A stretch of DNA of 64,000 bases from Candidatus Latescibacterota bacterium (lineage in GTDB: Bacteria; Latescibacterota; UBA2968): the NCBI GenBank assembly GCA_965222605.1, contig OZ244960.1, positions 4,768,001-4,832,000 on the forward strand. Direction: 5' to 3'. Below, one piece after another: positions 50,140-61,643 of the stretch. Each line of letters opens with the position of its first letter. Within the stretch, counting starts at the first letter, position 1. Under the pieces are notes generated by a model. It searched no databases. It worked only from the letters and a program-made list of their open reading frames with translations, and was not told the DNA's origin. A program made the translations under genes and the position numbers.

Positions 50140-53100
50140 ATGACTCGACGCGATGCTGTATGGATTGTTTGCTTCTTGATCGCAGGTGCGCTCGGTCTCA
50201 CCTGTTATATCCAGTTTTTTGACCGCGCGCTTCCCGTTGCCTCGCTCAATTTTCGCGTAGATCGCGAACAGGCTCATCAGGCTGCCGAAGCGTATCTTCA
50301 CCGCCTGGGTTACGATCTCACAGATTATGAAAGTGCTCAGATCTTCTCGTACTCCAGCCAGCCTCAGGTTTTTCTCGAACGCACTCTGGGTCTTGAGGAA
50401 GCCAACCGCCTCGTGCGCGACTGGGTCTCGGTATGGTATTGGAACATCCGATGGTTTAAGCCGCTTCAAAAAGAAGAACTCCGCGTGCGTATTGATCCCG
50501 GCGGGCGCATCGTAGGGTTTACGCACAGCATTCTCGAATCTGACGAAGGCGCGAGTCTTTCAGAAGAAGATGCCCGTGTTATTGCGGAGACTTTTTTGAC
50601 CGATGTGCAGGGCTTTCAACTCGGTGATTACGAACCTATTGAGGCATCGAGTATTGAGCGTCCCAATCGGATGGATCACACCTTTACTTATCGAAAAAAA
50701 GATTTTGTCGTGGGCGATGATGGGCACTACCGTTTGAGCCTTACGGTTAAGGGTGATAAAGCAGGCTATTTTGCCGAATACCTCAAAGTACCCGAAACCT
50801 TCTCGCGCAATTATCGAGAAATTCGCTCGCGTGCGGGCTTACTTACAAATATTGCTTCGGTTTTCTTTTTTGCACTGGGCATTGCAATGGTTGTCGTGCT
50901 CGTGCGTAAATACCGCCAGCGCACATTGATATGGCGCGCTGCCCTCGCCGTGGGCATTCTCGTGGCTGCCACCAGTTTTCTCGGTGCCGTCAATGGCTAT
51001 CCGCTCACGCGCTTCGGTTACGATACCACGCAGTCCTTTGTTTCCTTTATCCTCACCTTCATCTTTGGCGGTCTGTTGGGTGCTGTGCTCAGCGGAGTTA
51101 TCATCGCGTTGTCCGGTACTGCCGGGGGTGCTGCTGCCCAGGATGTAGAAGGATGGAAAAACCCACTTGCGCGACTGTCTCTGCGCGGCTGGAGATCGGC
51201 GAATTTTGCGCGCATCACACTGGTGGGTTACGGACTTGCATTTGCCCATCTGGGATATGTCACCATCTTTTACATTTTGGGCAATGACTATCTGGGGGTC
51301 TGGTCTCCCGCGGCGATGACGCAGTACAGCAATACGTATAGTACTTATTTGCCGTGGATCTATCCTTTGCTTATCGGTCTCCTCGCCGCAACTATGGAAG
51401 AGTTTTTCTTTCGTCTGCTCGCCATTTCCCTGCTTATTCGCTGGCTAAAAAAGCCCTGGTTGGCCGTGCTTATTCCCGCGATTGTATGGGCCTTTTTGCA
51501 CGCGAATTATCCACAGGAGCCTATTTATATTCGCGGTCTTGAACTCACCGTGGTGGGCGTCATCTTTGGTCTTGTGTTTTTGCGCTACGGTGTTTGGGCA
51601 ACCATTATCTCGCATTATGTGTACAATTGCTTTCTTGGCATTTACCCAATGGTGCAGTCCGATAGTCTCTACTTCAAGGTCTCGGGCATTCTGGCGGTCG
51701 CGATTATTTTTATACCGGCAATTCCCGCTATTTTTGGTGTGATCACGGGGCGCTATAAAGAGGTAGAGGAACCCGAAGAGGTGTCGCCCCCTGAACCGCC
51801 AGAGGAAATAGCGTCCGAAACAGAAATTCCCGAACCCGAACTACTCCCTGACCCCGAGGTCGAACGCAAAACCCCTTCGGATTATCTGATTCCCAAAAGT
51901 GGTCTCGTCGTTTTTGGTGTTCTGGGGCTGATCGGTTGGTCTGTGTATTTCATATCCGACCTTCCAGGATTTGCCAAATACGCCCGCGAGTCCATTATCA
52001 CGCGGTCCGATGCGATTGAGAAGGCAGAAGATATTCGCCGACAACTTGGGCTCAATCTCGAAGGCTATCAACGCACCACGTCATTTTCCAGCAGTTTTGG
52101 ATCCAGCCATTTCACACATCTCATTCGAAATGTCGATCTGGCACGTGCAGATACGCTCGCTGCCGAACATACTTCATCGTGGCGCTGGCGGGTGCGCTGG
52201 TTCAAACCTCTCAAAAAAGAAGAACTCACCATCAGCATTGATGGCAATGGCGATTTTTGCCGCATCTCACATTATGTTCCCGAAAATCGGGAGGGCGCAG
52301 AACTCAGTACGGAAGACGCGCAAAAGATCGCCGAGGTTTTTCTGTCCGGATATTTACAGCGCGATGTGACAGATACGGCGATTTACAAACGTCTTGAAGC
52401 CCGCTCGCAAAAGCGCGAAAACCGAATGGACCACAGTTTTGTTTGGGAGCGCACGGATATTAAAGTTGAAGAAGGAGAATTTCGCATTACTGCCTCTGTA
52501 CAGGGCGATCAAATCGGTCAGGCAAACGCATACTATAAAGCACCCGAAGAGTTTTTGCGCAAATTGCGAGAACGCACGGCCAAAAGTACTATTATCTCTA
52601 CCATCTCTACCATCGCAGTCATTGTCACGGCTGTGCTCGCCATTATTTTCTTTTTGCGCGCTTATCGCGATGGACATGTCAACTTGCAGTTGCCCATTTG
52701 CGTTGGCATTTTGGCCGGTGTATGTTATTTGCTCGCAACACTTAATAATCTGCCTACGTTCTACGCAGGTTATAACACCAGCGATGCCATGAGTACCTTT
52801 CTTGGTGGTGAACTCATTGACCTCGTCATAGGGCTTGTTACTATTGCGATTATGGTTTTTCTATTGAGTGCGTTTGGCGATACAATGTATCGCCGTGAAC
52901 GCCCCCATGAGATGCAGATTTCCGATTGGATTGATATGCTCCGTCTAAAAGTAAATAGCGCGTCACTCTGGTGGCAGACCGTCTTTCTCGTTGTCTGCTA
53001 TTTTGGTATTACCAGAGGTAACAGTATTTTTTCGTCTTATATCAATCTCACCTATCTCGGCGACTACCTCGGTGCAGGCGGTGGTGTGCCTCCCGAAATC

Positions 53101-53538
53101 AACAGCTATATACCCGCATTTGGGGAACTCATTGACGAAGTCAACTTTATGCTCTTGGCTCCCTTTGGCGTACTCGGCGTTCTGTTTGTCTGGCGGCGTG
53201 TGATAGGCAAGATAAATCTGCTGATTCTCGGCGTAGTGCTCGTGCTCATTTTTCAATCGGTGGTCTCGCCAGCCAAAGATTTTTATCACGCTGGCATTCT
53301 TCTCGCCAAAAGCATTCCATATTGGCTGCTCCTGGCTTTCCTCATTTTGAAGTATATCCGCTTCAACCTGCTCTTTTACGTTGTGACGTTCTGGTGTTCA
53401 ATTATTTTTGTTGGTATTCGCTATCTCAAATACGATCCCAGTATTTGCCAGGTCAATGGCATTCTCATGATTCTTTTTGGCTTCGTTCCCCTTATTCTCG
53501 CCATTCTCGCATGGTATAAAGCGCGGTCCACAGCGTAA
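50140..53538 (+). CDS. Large membrane protein with a central CPBP (Abi/CAAX) intramembrane protease domain and duplicated extracytoplasmic modules
   Basis: EEFFFR, FLHANY and HYVYN motifs; the module W.(I/V)RWFKPL.KEEL...RMDH.F occurs twice. Confidence 0.85.
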   Translation: MTRRDAVWIVCFLIAGALGLTCYIQFFDRALPVASLNFRVDREQAHQAAEAYLHRLGYDLTDYESAQIFSYSSQPQVFLERTLGLEEANRLVRDWVSVWYWNIRWFKPLQKEELRVRIDPGGRIVGFTHSILESDEGASLSEEDARVIAETFLTDVQGFQLGDYEPIEASSIERPNRMDHTFTYRKKDFVVGDDGHYRLSLTVKGDKAGYFAEYLKVPETFSRNYREIRSRAGLLTNIASVFFFALGIAMVVVLVRKYRQRTLIWRAALAVGILVAATSFLGAVNGYPLTRFGYDTTQSFVSFILTFIFGGLLGAVLSGVIIALSGTAGGAAAQDVEGWKNPLARLSLRGWRSANFARITLVGYGLAFAHLGYVTIFYILGNDYLGVWSPAAMTQYSNTYSTYLPWIYPLLIGLLAATMEEFFFRLLAISLLIRWLKKPWLAVLIPAIVWAFLHANYPQEPIYIRGLELTVVGVIFGLVFLRYGVWATIISHYVYNCFLGIYPMVQSDSLYFKVSGILAVAIIFIPAIPAIFGVITGRYKEVEEPEEVSPPEPPEEIASETEIPEPELLPDPEVERKTPSDYLIPKSGLVVFGVLGLIGWSVYFISDLPGFAKYARESIITRSDAIEKAEDIRRQLGLNLEGYQRTTSFSSSFGSSHFTHLIRNVDLARADTLAAEHTSSWRWRVRWFKPLKKEELTISIDGNGDFCRISHYVPENREGAELSTEDAQKIAEVFLSGYLQRDVTDTAIYKRLEARSQKRENRMDHSFVWERTDIKVEEGEFRITASVQGDQIGQANAYYKAPEEFLRKLRERTAKSTIISTISTIAVIVTAVLAIIFFLRAYRDGHVNLQLPICVGILAGVCYLLATLNNLPTFYAGYNTSDAMSTFLGGELIDLVIGLVTIAIMVFLLSAFGDTMYRRERPHEMQISDWIDMLRLKVNSASLWWQTVFLVVCYFGITRGNSIFSSYINLTYLGDYLGAGGGVPPEINSYIPAFGELIDEVNFMLLAPFGVLGVLFVWRRVIGKINLLILGVVLVLIFQSVVSPAKDFYHAGILLAKSIPYWLLLAFLILKYIRFNLLFYVVTFWCSIIFVGIRYLKYDPSICQVNGILMILFGFVPLILAILAWYKARSTA

Positions 53539-53568
53539 AAAAAGCCCCTCCTTTTTTGGAGGGGCTTC
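53538..53568. terminator. Terminator-like hairpin
   Basis: aagcccctcc-ttttt-ggaggggctt with an upstream A run. Confidence 0.55.
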
Positions 53569-53578
53569 GGAGGTATTC

Positions 53579-54793
53579 GTGACCCATGTCCGCACGGCCT
53601 GGCCGACTTCGGTGGCAGAGGAATCCTACTGGCAGCCGATTCGCAAGCAGTACATGATCGCGCCGGGTGAAATTTATCTCAACACCGGTTCTTTTGGCTC
53701 GCAGCCAAGGCCCGTGTTTGAGAAGATGTTGGAAATCCTGGAGGATGTAGAACGCAATCCCACGCGGCATCGGGCGGAATATAACAGCGTTGTAGATGAC
53801 TCTCGCGCTCGTCTGGCCGCGTTTATCAATGCGCCGGCAGAGGATATTGCTTTTGCTACCAATATCACGATGGCTATCAATATGGTGGTGCATGGACTGG
53901 ATTGGCGTCCAGGTGACGAAATTCTGGCTTCAAACCAGGAATACGGTGCAATTGACAACTGCCTGCATCTGGCTGAACGCCGCCGCGGTGTGGTGGTCAA
54001 GCGCGCCCAAATCTCCATCCCTCCCGAAAGCCCTGAAGATATTCTGAGTGCTTTTGAGAGTGAATTTACAGATCGTACAAGGCTGGTTTTTTGCAGCCAT
54101 ATCACCACTCGTACGGGTTTGATCACGCCAATTAGAGCACTGGCCCAACTGGTACACGACCGCGGTGCGCTGATTGCAGTAGATGGCGCGCACGCTCCGG
54201 GGATGATCCCGCTGGATTTGCAGGATCTCGGCTGCGATTTTTATGGCGGTAACTGCCACAAATGGCTCTGTGCACCCAAAGGCACTGGTTTTCTTTACGT
54301 GTCGCCTTCGGTGCAAGAGCGACTCAATCACATTGTTGTGAGTTGGGGATACAGCCGGGAAGGCGCGGAGAGGGGGGCAGACGGTATTTTGCGGATCAAT
54401 GACCGTCCGTTTATGTGGGGGATTGAGAACTGGGGTACCCGGGATCAGGCGTGTTTTGCGGCTGTAGGAGCAGCGGTTGAATTTCAAGAGGTGGTTGGCA
54501 AAAATCGGATTCGGGAGCGGGGGCGGCAACTGGCGGCGTACCTGCGGGATCGTTTGGCTGAGACTGGCTGGGCAAAACAGCTCACTCCCTCCGTGCCAGC
54601 CCTATCCGGATCGATCTCAGCTTTCCATCTTTCTGGATTCGACGATCTGGATCTTTATGGGCGATACCGGATTACTGTGCCGACTGCAAAGAGCGACGAC
54701 GTTTACTGGATCCGCGTTTCCACCCATATCTGCAATGGCTTTGACCATGTAGATCGTCTGATAGATGCTTTACACGAACAACGAAATAAGTAA
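53579..54793 (+). CDS. Class V PLP aminotransferase (isopenicillin N epimerase/cysteine desulfurase-like)
   Basis: YLNTGSFG, VDGAHAPG and GNCHKWLCAPKGTG; GGAGGT RBS before a GTG start. Confidence 0.88.
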   Translation: MTHVRTAWPTSVAEESYWQPIRKQYMIAPGEIYLNTGSFGSQPRPVFEKMLEILEDVERNPTRHRAEYNSVVDDSRARLAAFINAPAEDIAFATNITMAINMVVHGLDWRPGDEILASNQEYGAIDNCLHLAERRRGVVVKRAQISIPPESPEDILSAFESEFTDRTRLVFCSHITTRTGLITPIRALAQLVHDRGALIAVDGAHAPGMIPLDLQDLGCDFYGGNCHKWLCAPKGTGFLYVSPSVQERLNHIVVSWGYSREGAERGADGILRINDRPFMWGIENWGTRDQACFAAVGAAVEFQEVVGKNRIRERGRQLAAYLRDRLAETGWAKQLTPSVPALSGSISAFHLSGFDDLDLYGRYRITVPTAKSDDVYWIRVSTHICNGFDHVDRLIDALHEQRNK

Positions 54794-54860
54794 ATTTAGT
54801 TGCTTTTAAAATAACTCTTTTCTTTTTTAATATAGTTTATACTTTGCAATCTGCAAATAA

Positions 54861-56354
<1,494 letters not shown>

Positions 56355-56388
56355 GACAAGGGCAATTTTTTGTCGTCTCAGTACATGA

Positions 56389-56426
56389 CAAAAAGCTGTG
56401 CAGATCATTTCTGCACAGCTTTTTTT
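56389..56426. terminator. Bidirectional rho-independent terminator
   Basis: aaaagctgtgcaga-tcatt-tctgcacagctttttt. Confidence 0.8.
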
Positions 56427-56445
56427 GTTAAGATGGTGACGCGAT

Positions 56446-59400
56446 TCAGGCTCTTTTTGCCACGGCCACAACCCGCTTTGCATATCCCGACATGTCGTCC
56501 ATGAGCGAGTATATAGTGGGCAAGATGACCAGCGTGAGAATGGTCGAGATCGAGAGGCCAGAAATAATCACCAGGCCAATTGGTCCCCAACGTCTGGCAT
56601 TGCCTTCGGCATTGCCGTAAAACATCGGAATAACCAGCGGTGTAAGCCCCAGGATGGTCGTGGTTGCGGTCATTAAAATGGGGCGCAGACGATCTTGTCC
56701 GCCGCGCAAGATCGCATCTCTTCGATATAATCCCTGCTTGCGATAGCGATTGATGTGGTCGATTAATACAATGCCGTTGTTGACCACAATGCCAAACAAA
56801 ATGAGCAACCCATAAGTCGCATTGCTGTCCAGCGCAATGCCGAATGTGTAAAGTCCCAATGCGACACCTATAAATGCAAAACTGATGGAAAACATGATCG
56901 TAAAGGGATGGATATAAGATTCAAATAGCGAAGCCATGATCAGATAAATGAGCAGGGCGGCAAATAACATGGTGAAATTCGTTTCGCCCTCTTCTGAAGA
57001 CATATAGCGGAAGCGGCGATCCATCTGCCAGCTATACCCTTTGGGCAATGGGATGGCATCCATGCGGTCGCGCATTTCATAACCGACCGTTTGGACCTCC
57101 GATGCTTCCGTATTTGCAAACACGGTTACGGTTGCCATCCGATCCTGACGCTCGATGGATCGGGGGCCTTTGGTCAATTCAAAATCGGCCAGGCTGGCAA
57201 ATGAAATCATATTGCCCCGGTTGTTTTCAAAAGAGAGGGTCTTGAGTTGGTCCAGCGTAGCGCGGTCTTCTTCTCGCAATTGCAGCGCAATGTCGATTTC
57301 TCCATCCGGCGTTTTGAATTTGCTGTTTCCACGAGAACCCAATGCCGTGGCAACAGTTGTGGCTATTTGCTGCGGTGAAAGGCCGTATTGTTGCGCGCGG
57401 TCTCTCCTCACCGATACCCTGATTTCTTCTGTGCCACTTTCCAGGCTGGTTTCCACGTCGTGAATGCCTTCAATATCGTTCATTCGCAGCCGAATATCTT
57501 CAGCCAGGATCGCCAGCACTTCGGGATTTCGTCCTTTGATTTCTACCCCGACGCCCGTGCCACTGCTACCACCACGCCTGAAGCCCGCCTTAAAACGCAC
57601 GCCCGGGATATCTTTGGGCAGCAAAGCACTTACCCTTTTTTTTACGTCGTCTGTGCTCAACGGGCTTTCTTCGACGGATTTTAGGTACAAATAAATCGTA
57701 TTGCCGCGTCGGGTACTAAATCGCGTTTTTATCGCTTCGATATCCAGTTCTTCCTTTTGCGGGAGGAGAATGGCTTCAATCTGTTTGTACAGCGCGAGTG
57801 CGTCGTCGATATCGTAAGTTCGCGGCATTTCCACCATATAGCCCACCATGCGGTTGGGTTGATAGCGATAGCGCTGTACTTCAATTTTGGTAAAGATGTA
57901 TATGCCGCCAAATAGGATAAATGTAGCGGCGATAACGGTGGTCCAGCGATAGTGTAACGTGGTGCTAATTATGCGCGTGTAAACACCTTTGAGACCAAGA
58001 TGCCGAAACCGAAAATAGAGATAGCCAGTTGTGGCGATAAACACGCCCAGCGCGATCCACGCGCCTATTGGCACGGTTGAAAACCCGCCCAAAATCCACA
58101 GGGTATTATCTTTGAGCCAGTTGGCCGATTCGCCAACGCCTTTCCGGTAAATGAGATACGCTGCGCCCGCGGCAAATAAAGTGCCCAATCCGATTTTCAA
58201 AAAGAGATCGACGCGGGTACCCGCATTTGAAAATGCCCGAGAGCAGGCCAGCGGGATGAGTGTTAAAGCCACGCATAGTGCCGCTACCACTGCAATGCAT
58301 ACGGTAATGGCAAAATCGCGCATCCACATTGTATTGTAAGAACCCGAAATAAAGATGAGGGGTACAAATACACATATTGTCGTCAGTGCAGCGGCCAGCA
58401 CTGGTACTCCGATTTCGCGGCTGCCCTCAATCGCCGCGGTTCGAGTGCCATCGCCTTCGTCAAAGCGTCTGCGATAAATATTTTCCAGGGCCACGACCGC
58501 CGGATCGACCAGCATCCCAATGGCGACCATCAGCCCCATCATCGAGATCATGTTCAGCGTGATATTCGATCCAAAAACTTGCCGCATCAGGTACATGATC
58601 ATAAAAACGCACAATACGGAAATGGGAATGGCCGACCCCACAATGAGCGTACTGCGGAAATTTCGCAAAAAGACAAAAATGATGCCAATAGCCAGCATAC
58701 CTCCCAAAATAGCGGATTGCCCCAGGCTGGCGATGCCCCTTACCACTGCTTCTGACTGGTCTCGACGCAAGTGCAATCGCAATTTGTCGCGTCCAATTTC
58801 ATCTTGAAGAGCCTTTAACTCTGCACGGACCAGGCGGCAGGTTTCTACCAGATTGGCTGTCGAGGCTTTGCGAATTTCCATAGAGACTACATCGCGTCCG
58901 TCCAGGCGTTCAAAATATCGCTTTTCTGGATAGTCGTAACTCACCTGCGCTACGTCTTCCATATCCAGACCATTGGGAAGTGTGAGATCGCGAATTTGAT
59001 CTACATCTTCAAATTCGCCCACGGACCGAACCGCGAGGCGTTTGCCGCCCTCTGTGACATATCCGCCGGAAATATTGATGTTGTTGGACCGAATCGTTCT
59101 GTTGAGGGTGCGGATATCTAAGCCATAGGCGTGCATGCGATTTTTATCGACATCGACTCTGAGTATTCTTTCATCGGCGCCTTCCATTTCGACATTGCCT
59201 ACCCCGGGGATGCGTAGCAAGCGCGGCAAGATTGTGTTTTTATACACCGTGACGAGTTCCGATTGATTATCGCCCAGCCAGATCATATTGTAGTCCAGAA
59301 TTTCCCAGTCCGAAGAATCCCATCTGCGCATCTCAATGCGTTCGAGGTCTTCGGGAAGTCTGCCGCGAACTTGATCTATGCGATCCCGCACCTGAATAGA

Positions 59401-59712
59401 TTTGAGATCCATATCGGTACCGTAGTCAAATTCCATGAACACATAACCCCGACTGTCATAAGATCGCGCGCGGAGTGATTCTACGCCGGGGACCGTGCCC
59501 AGTATCTCTTCGATTGGCTTGGTAATTTTCTTTTGGATCTCTTCGGGCGATGACGAGGGATATGAATAGCTCACATACATTCTGGGATACTGCAAATCGG
59601 GCGCGTATTCGAGGGGCAATCTGAATAGGGAAATGAATCCCATGACCACGAGACTCAGTGCTGCCATCACAGTGGTAATGGGGTTTTTAATCGCATATTC
59701 TGAGATTTTCAT
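56446..59712 (-). CDS. RND efflux transporter permease (AcrB/SwrC-like)
   Basis: IGMLVDPAVVALENI, FVPL, GIVVNNGIVLID and RLRPILMT; 1088 aa. Confidence 0.93.
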   Translation of the reverse strand: MKISEYAIKNPITTVMAALSLVVMGFISLFRLPLEYAPDLQYPRMYVSYSYPSSSPEEIQKKITKPIEEILGTVPGVESLRARSYDSRGYVFMEFDYGTDMDLKSIQVRDRIDQVRGRLPEDLERIEMRRWDSSDWEILDYNMIWLGDNQSELVTVYKNTILPRLLRIPGVGNVEMEGADERILRVDVDKNRMHAYGLDIRTLNRTIRSNNINISGGYVTEGGKRLAVRSVGEFEDVDQIRDLTLPNGLDMEDVAQVSYDYPEKRYFERLDGRDVVSMEIRKASTANLVETCRLVRAELKALQDEIGRDKLRLHLRRDQSEAVVRGIASLGQSAILGGMLAIGIIFVFLRNFRSTLIVGSAIPISVLCVFMIMYLMRQVFGSNITLNMISMMGLMVAIGMLVDPAVVALENIYRRRFDEGDGTRTAAIEGSREIGVPVLAAALTTICVFVPLIFISGSYNTMWMRDFAITVCIAVVAALCVALTLIPLACSRAFSNAGTRVDLFLKIGLGTLFAAGAAYLIYRKGVGESANWLKDNTLWILGGFSTVPIGAWIALGVFIATTGYLYFRFRHLGLKGVYTRIISTTLHYRWTTVIAATFILFGGIYIFTKIEVQRYRYQPNRMVGYMVEMPRTYDIDDALALYKQIEAILLPQKEELDIEAIKTRFSTRRGNTIYLYLKSVEESPLSTDDVKKRVSALLPKDIPGVRFKAGFRRGGSSGTGVGVEIKGRNPEVLAILAEDIRLRMNDIEGIHDVETSLESGTEEIRVSVRRDRAQQYGLSPQQIATTVATALGSRGNSKFKTPDGEIDIALQLREEDRATLDQLKTLSFENNRGNMISFASLADFELTKGPRSIERQDRMATVTVFANTEASEVQTVGYEMRDRMDAIPLPKGYSWQMDRRFRYMSSEEGETNFTMLFAALLIYLIMASLFESYIHPFTIMFSISFAFIGVALGLYTFGIALDSNATYGLLILFGIVVNNGIVLIDHINRYRKQGLYRRDAILRGGQDRLRPILMTATTTILGLTPLVIPMFYGNAEGNARRWGPIGLVIISGLSISTILTLVILPTIYSLMDDMSGYAKRVVAVAKRA

Positions 59713-59962
59713 AAACGGACCTCATTAAGGCAAAAGTTGAATTAGAAGCTCAGTCTGCATCCGTCAGAAACGGAGATTCGCTAAGTAACCATTTACTTAC
59801 TTACGTTTAATATACCACATTCTGCCACAAAATCAACCACAGTTTTGAATAAAAAATTTCACCGTTACAGAAAAGACTTGCAAATTTGCTTCAATGATAT
59901 TTCATACTAATGTTTGGAAAATAATCGCACAACTATATTTCACTTTCAATGAGGAGACTCCA

Positions 59963-60844
59963 ATGGGCAATCGCGTCAATCGCGCAGTTGAGTTGCTTTC
60001 ACAAGATCAACCGATCTATTACACGGGCGCACACACAGGGCATGTGCTGACGTTTGAACAAGGGCAGAATGACGCCAGTACCTGGGCGGATTATATCAAT
60101 GTGGGTATGGAACACGGGGCTTTTAATCTGGGGGGGCTTGACGACTATATGCGCGGCCTGGTCAGCGGAGGACCTACAAATAGTGGGCACAAGACACCCG
60201 CTGTTATTGTTGAAGCCCCTGTGGAGGGCGCGTCTGAAAATATTGTGCGCTACAATGCCTGGCAGTTTCGGCAGATTCTCGCACGCGGTGTTCATGGCAT
60301 TTTGGTCTGTCAGGCGGAATCACCCGATGCGATACGCGCTTTTGTCGAGTCGTGTCGCTATCCCATCAGTAAAGCGGGCGTTGGGCGCGGCCTGGGTACA
60401 GGTACGCGAGGCGTGGGGTCCGAATCGTCGGCGGCAGCGATATGGGGTGTTAGCCGCGATGAGTACATCCAGAAGGCCGATCCCTATCCACTGAATCCCG
60501 ATGGCGAACTGCTTCTGGGCATCAAGATTGAGAATGTGCGCGGCGCATCCAATATCGAACAGATTCTCAAGGTGCCCGGCATTGGGTTTGCCGAAATGGG
60601 GCCGGGCGATTTGAGTATGTCGATGGGGTATTTGCACCGTCCAACGCCTTTTCCACCCGAAATGCAAGAGGTGAGGGATCGCGTGAAAGCCGCGTGTGCA
60701 GAAAATGGCGTTGCTTTTCTCGAGGGGGGTAGTCCCGAGACGGTTGCCGCTAAAATCGACGAGGGTGTGCGTGTGGTTTCCGGTGGCAGGGAGGAGATCG
60801 CGCGTATTGGACGCGAATATTCAGGCCGTCGCATGCCGGTTTAA
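59963..60844 (+). CDS. HpcH/HpaI aldolase/citrate lyase family protein
   Basis: MEHG, FVESCRYP, GIKIEN and GPGDLSMSMG. Confidence 0.85.
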   Translation: MGNRVNRAVELLSQDQPIYYTGAHTGHVLTFEQGQNDASTWADYINVGMEHGAFNLGGLDDYMRGLVSGGPTNSGHKTPAVIVEAPVEGASENIVRYNAWQFRQILARGVHGILVCQAESPDAIRAFVESCRYPISKAGVGRGLGTGTRGVGSESSAAAIWGVSRDEYIQKADPYPLNPDGELLLGIKIENVRGASNIEQILKVPGIGFAEMGPGDLSMSMGYLHRPTPFPPEMQEVRDRVKAACAENGVAFLEGGSPETVAAKIDEGVRVVSGGREEIARIGREYSGRRMPV

Positions 60845-60850
60845 TCGCGC

Positions 60851-60890
60851 AAAAAAATAGGGCTGTGCGATGTTTGCATAGCCCTGAAAA
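60851..60890. terminator. Rho-independent terminator
   Basis: aaaaaaat-agggctgtgc-gatgttt-gcatagccct. Confidence 0.65.
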
Positions 60891-60907
60891 TTCGATTTAA
60901 TACGCGC

Positions 60908-61387
60908 TTAAAATGGATTGCCCTGTCGCGCCAGCTCAAATTTTCGCCAGCCTACTTGTTTGTCATTTTCGAATACTTTTTCCACCGCGTAAAAGGAGGA
61001 TGGGTCGTATTCTCGCCAGACGCCCGTTTTTTTATTCTCCAGGTATAGACCTTCTTCTTTTTTTACACCGCTTCTAAAATAGGAGGCCCAATACCCGTCT
61101 TTTTTTTCGTTTGTCCAATTGCTTTCTATTTTTTTCTGTCCGTTGATGTAAAATGTGATTTCAAGCCCGTCTTGCATGACGCCATTTTGGTATGTGCCTT
61201 GCCCGCGTACGTTGCCGATGGCATCGTAATATGTCCAAACCCCAGTGCGGGCACCGCTGTCGTATTGCCCTTCCGCCACTACGCGGCCGTATTGTTTTAT
61301 TTGCGTCTGTCCTTCAAATAGCGAGGGCATTTGGCACCCGGCTGTGAGGATTCCCGCGATAAGAATTGCAATAGCGCGTTTGATCAT
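60908..61387 (-). CDS. Lipoprotein with MORN-variant (YwqK-like) repeats
   Basis: Lipobox TAGC; repeats of G.W..Y...G....EG.Y. Confidence 0.8.
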   Translation of the reverse strand: MIKRAIAILIAGILTAGCQMPSLFEGQTQIKQYGRVVAEGQYDSGARTGVWTYYDAIGNVRGQGTYQNGVMQDGLEITFYINGQKKIESNWTNEKKDGYWASYFRSGVKKEEGLYLENKKTGVWREYDPSSFYAVEKVFENDKQVGWRKFELARQGNPF

Positions 61388-61539
61388 TTATTTTCTCCTG
61401 TTATGAGAGCGCTCAGTCGCCAACTGTCTTTTGGCGGATATTCTACTGTAATAGAACTAATATACAAAACTGTTTTCATAAGGCAAAGATGAAATGGAAA
61501 ATGACTCATTTAATACTTGTACGTGTGCATAAATTGGAC

Positions 61540-61586
61540 CTCAACTACAAAGCGATTGTACTCAACGACCCCTTTATTGTCGCAAC
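61540..61586. promoter_or_regulatory. Candidate tandem XRE operators (CAAC-N9-ATTG twice, 21-bp period)
   Basis: CTCAACTACAAAGCGATTGT and CTCAACGACCCCTTTATTGT, with a third half-site CGCAAC. Confidence 0.45.
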
Positions 61587-61643
61587 CATCCTCTCATCGT
61601 ATTTTAATAAACGATTCGCCCCTCGTGCGGTAAAGAGTCCTAT

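Noticed and set aside
60908-61387. YwqK antitoxin of a toxin-antitoxin pair
   Set aside because: It has a lipoprotein signal and no adjacent toxin; the similarity is limited to generic MORN-variant repeats.
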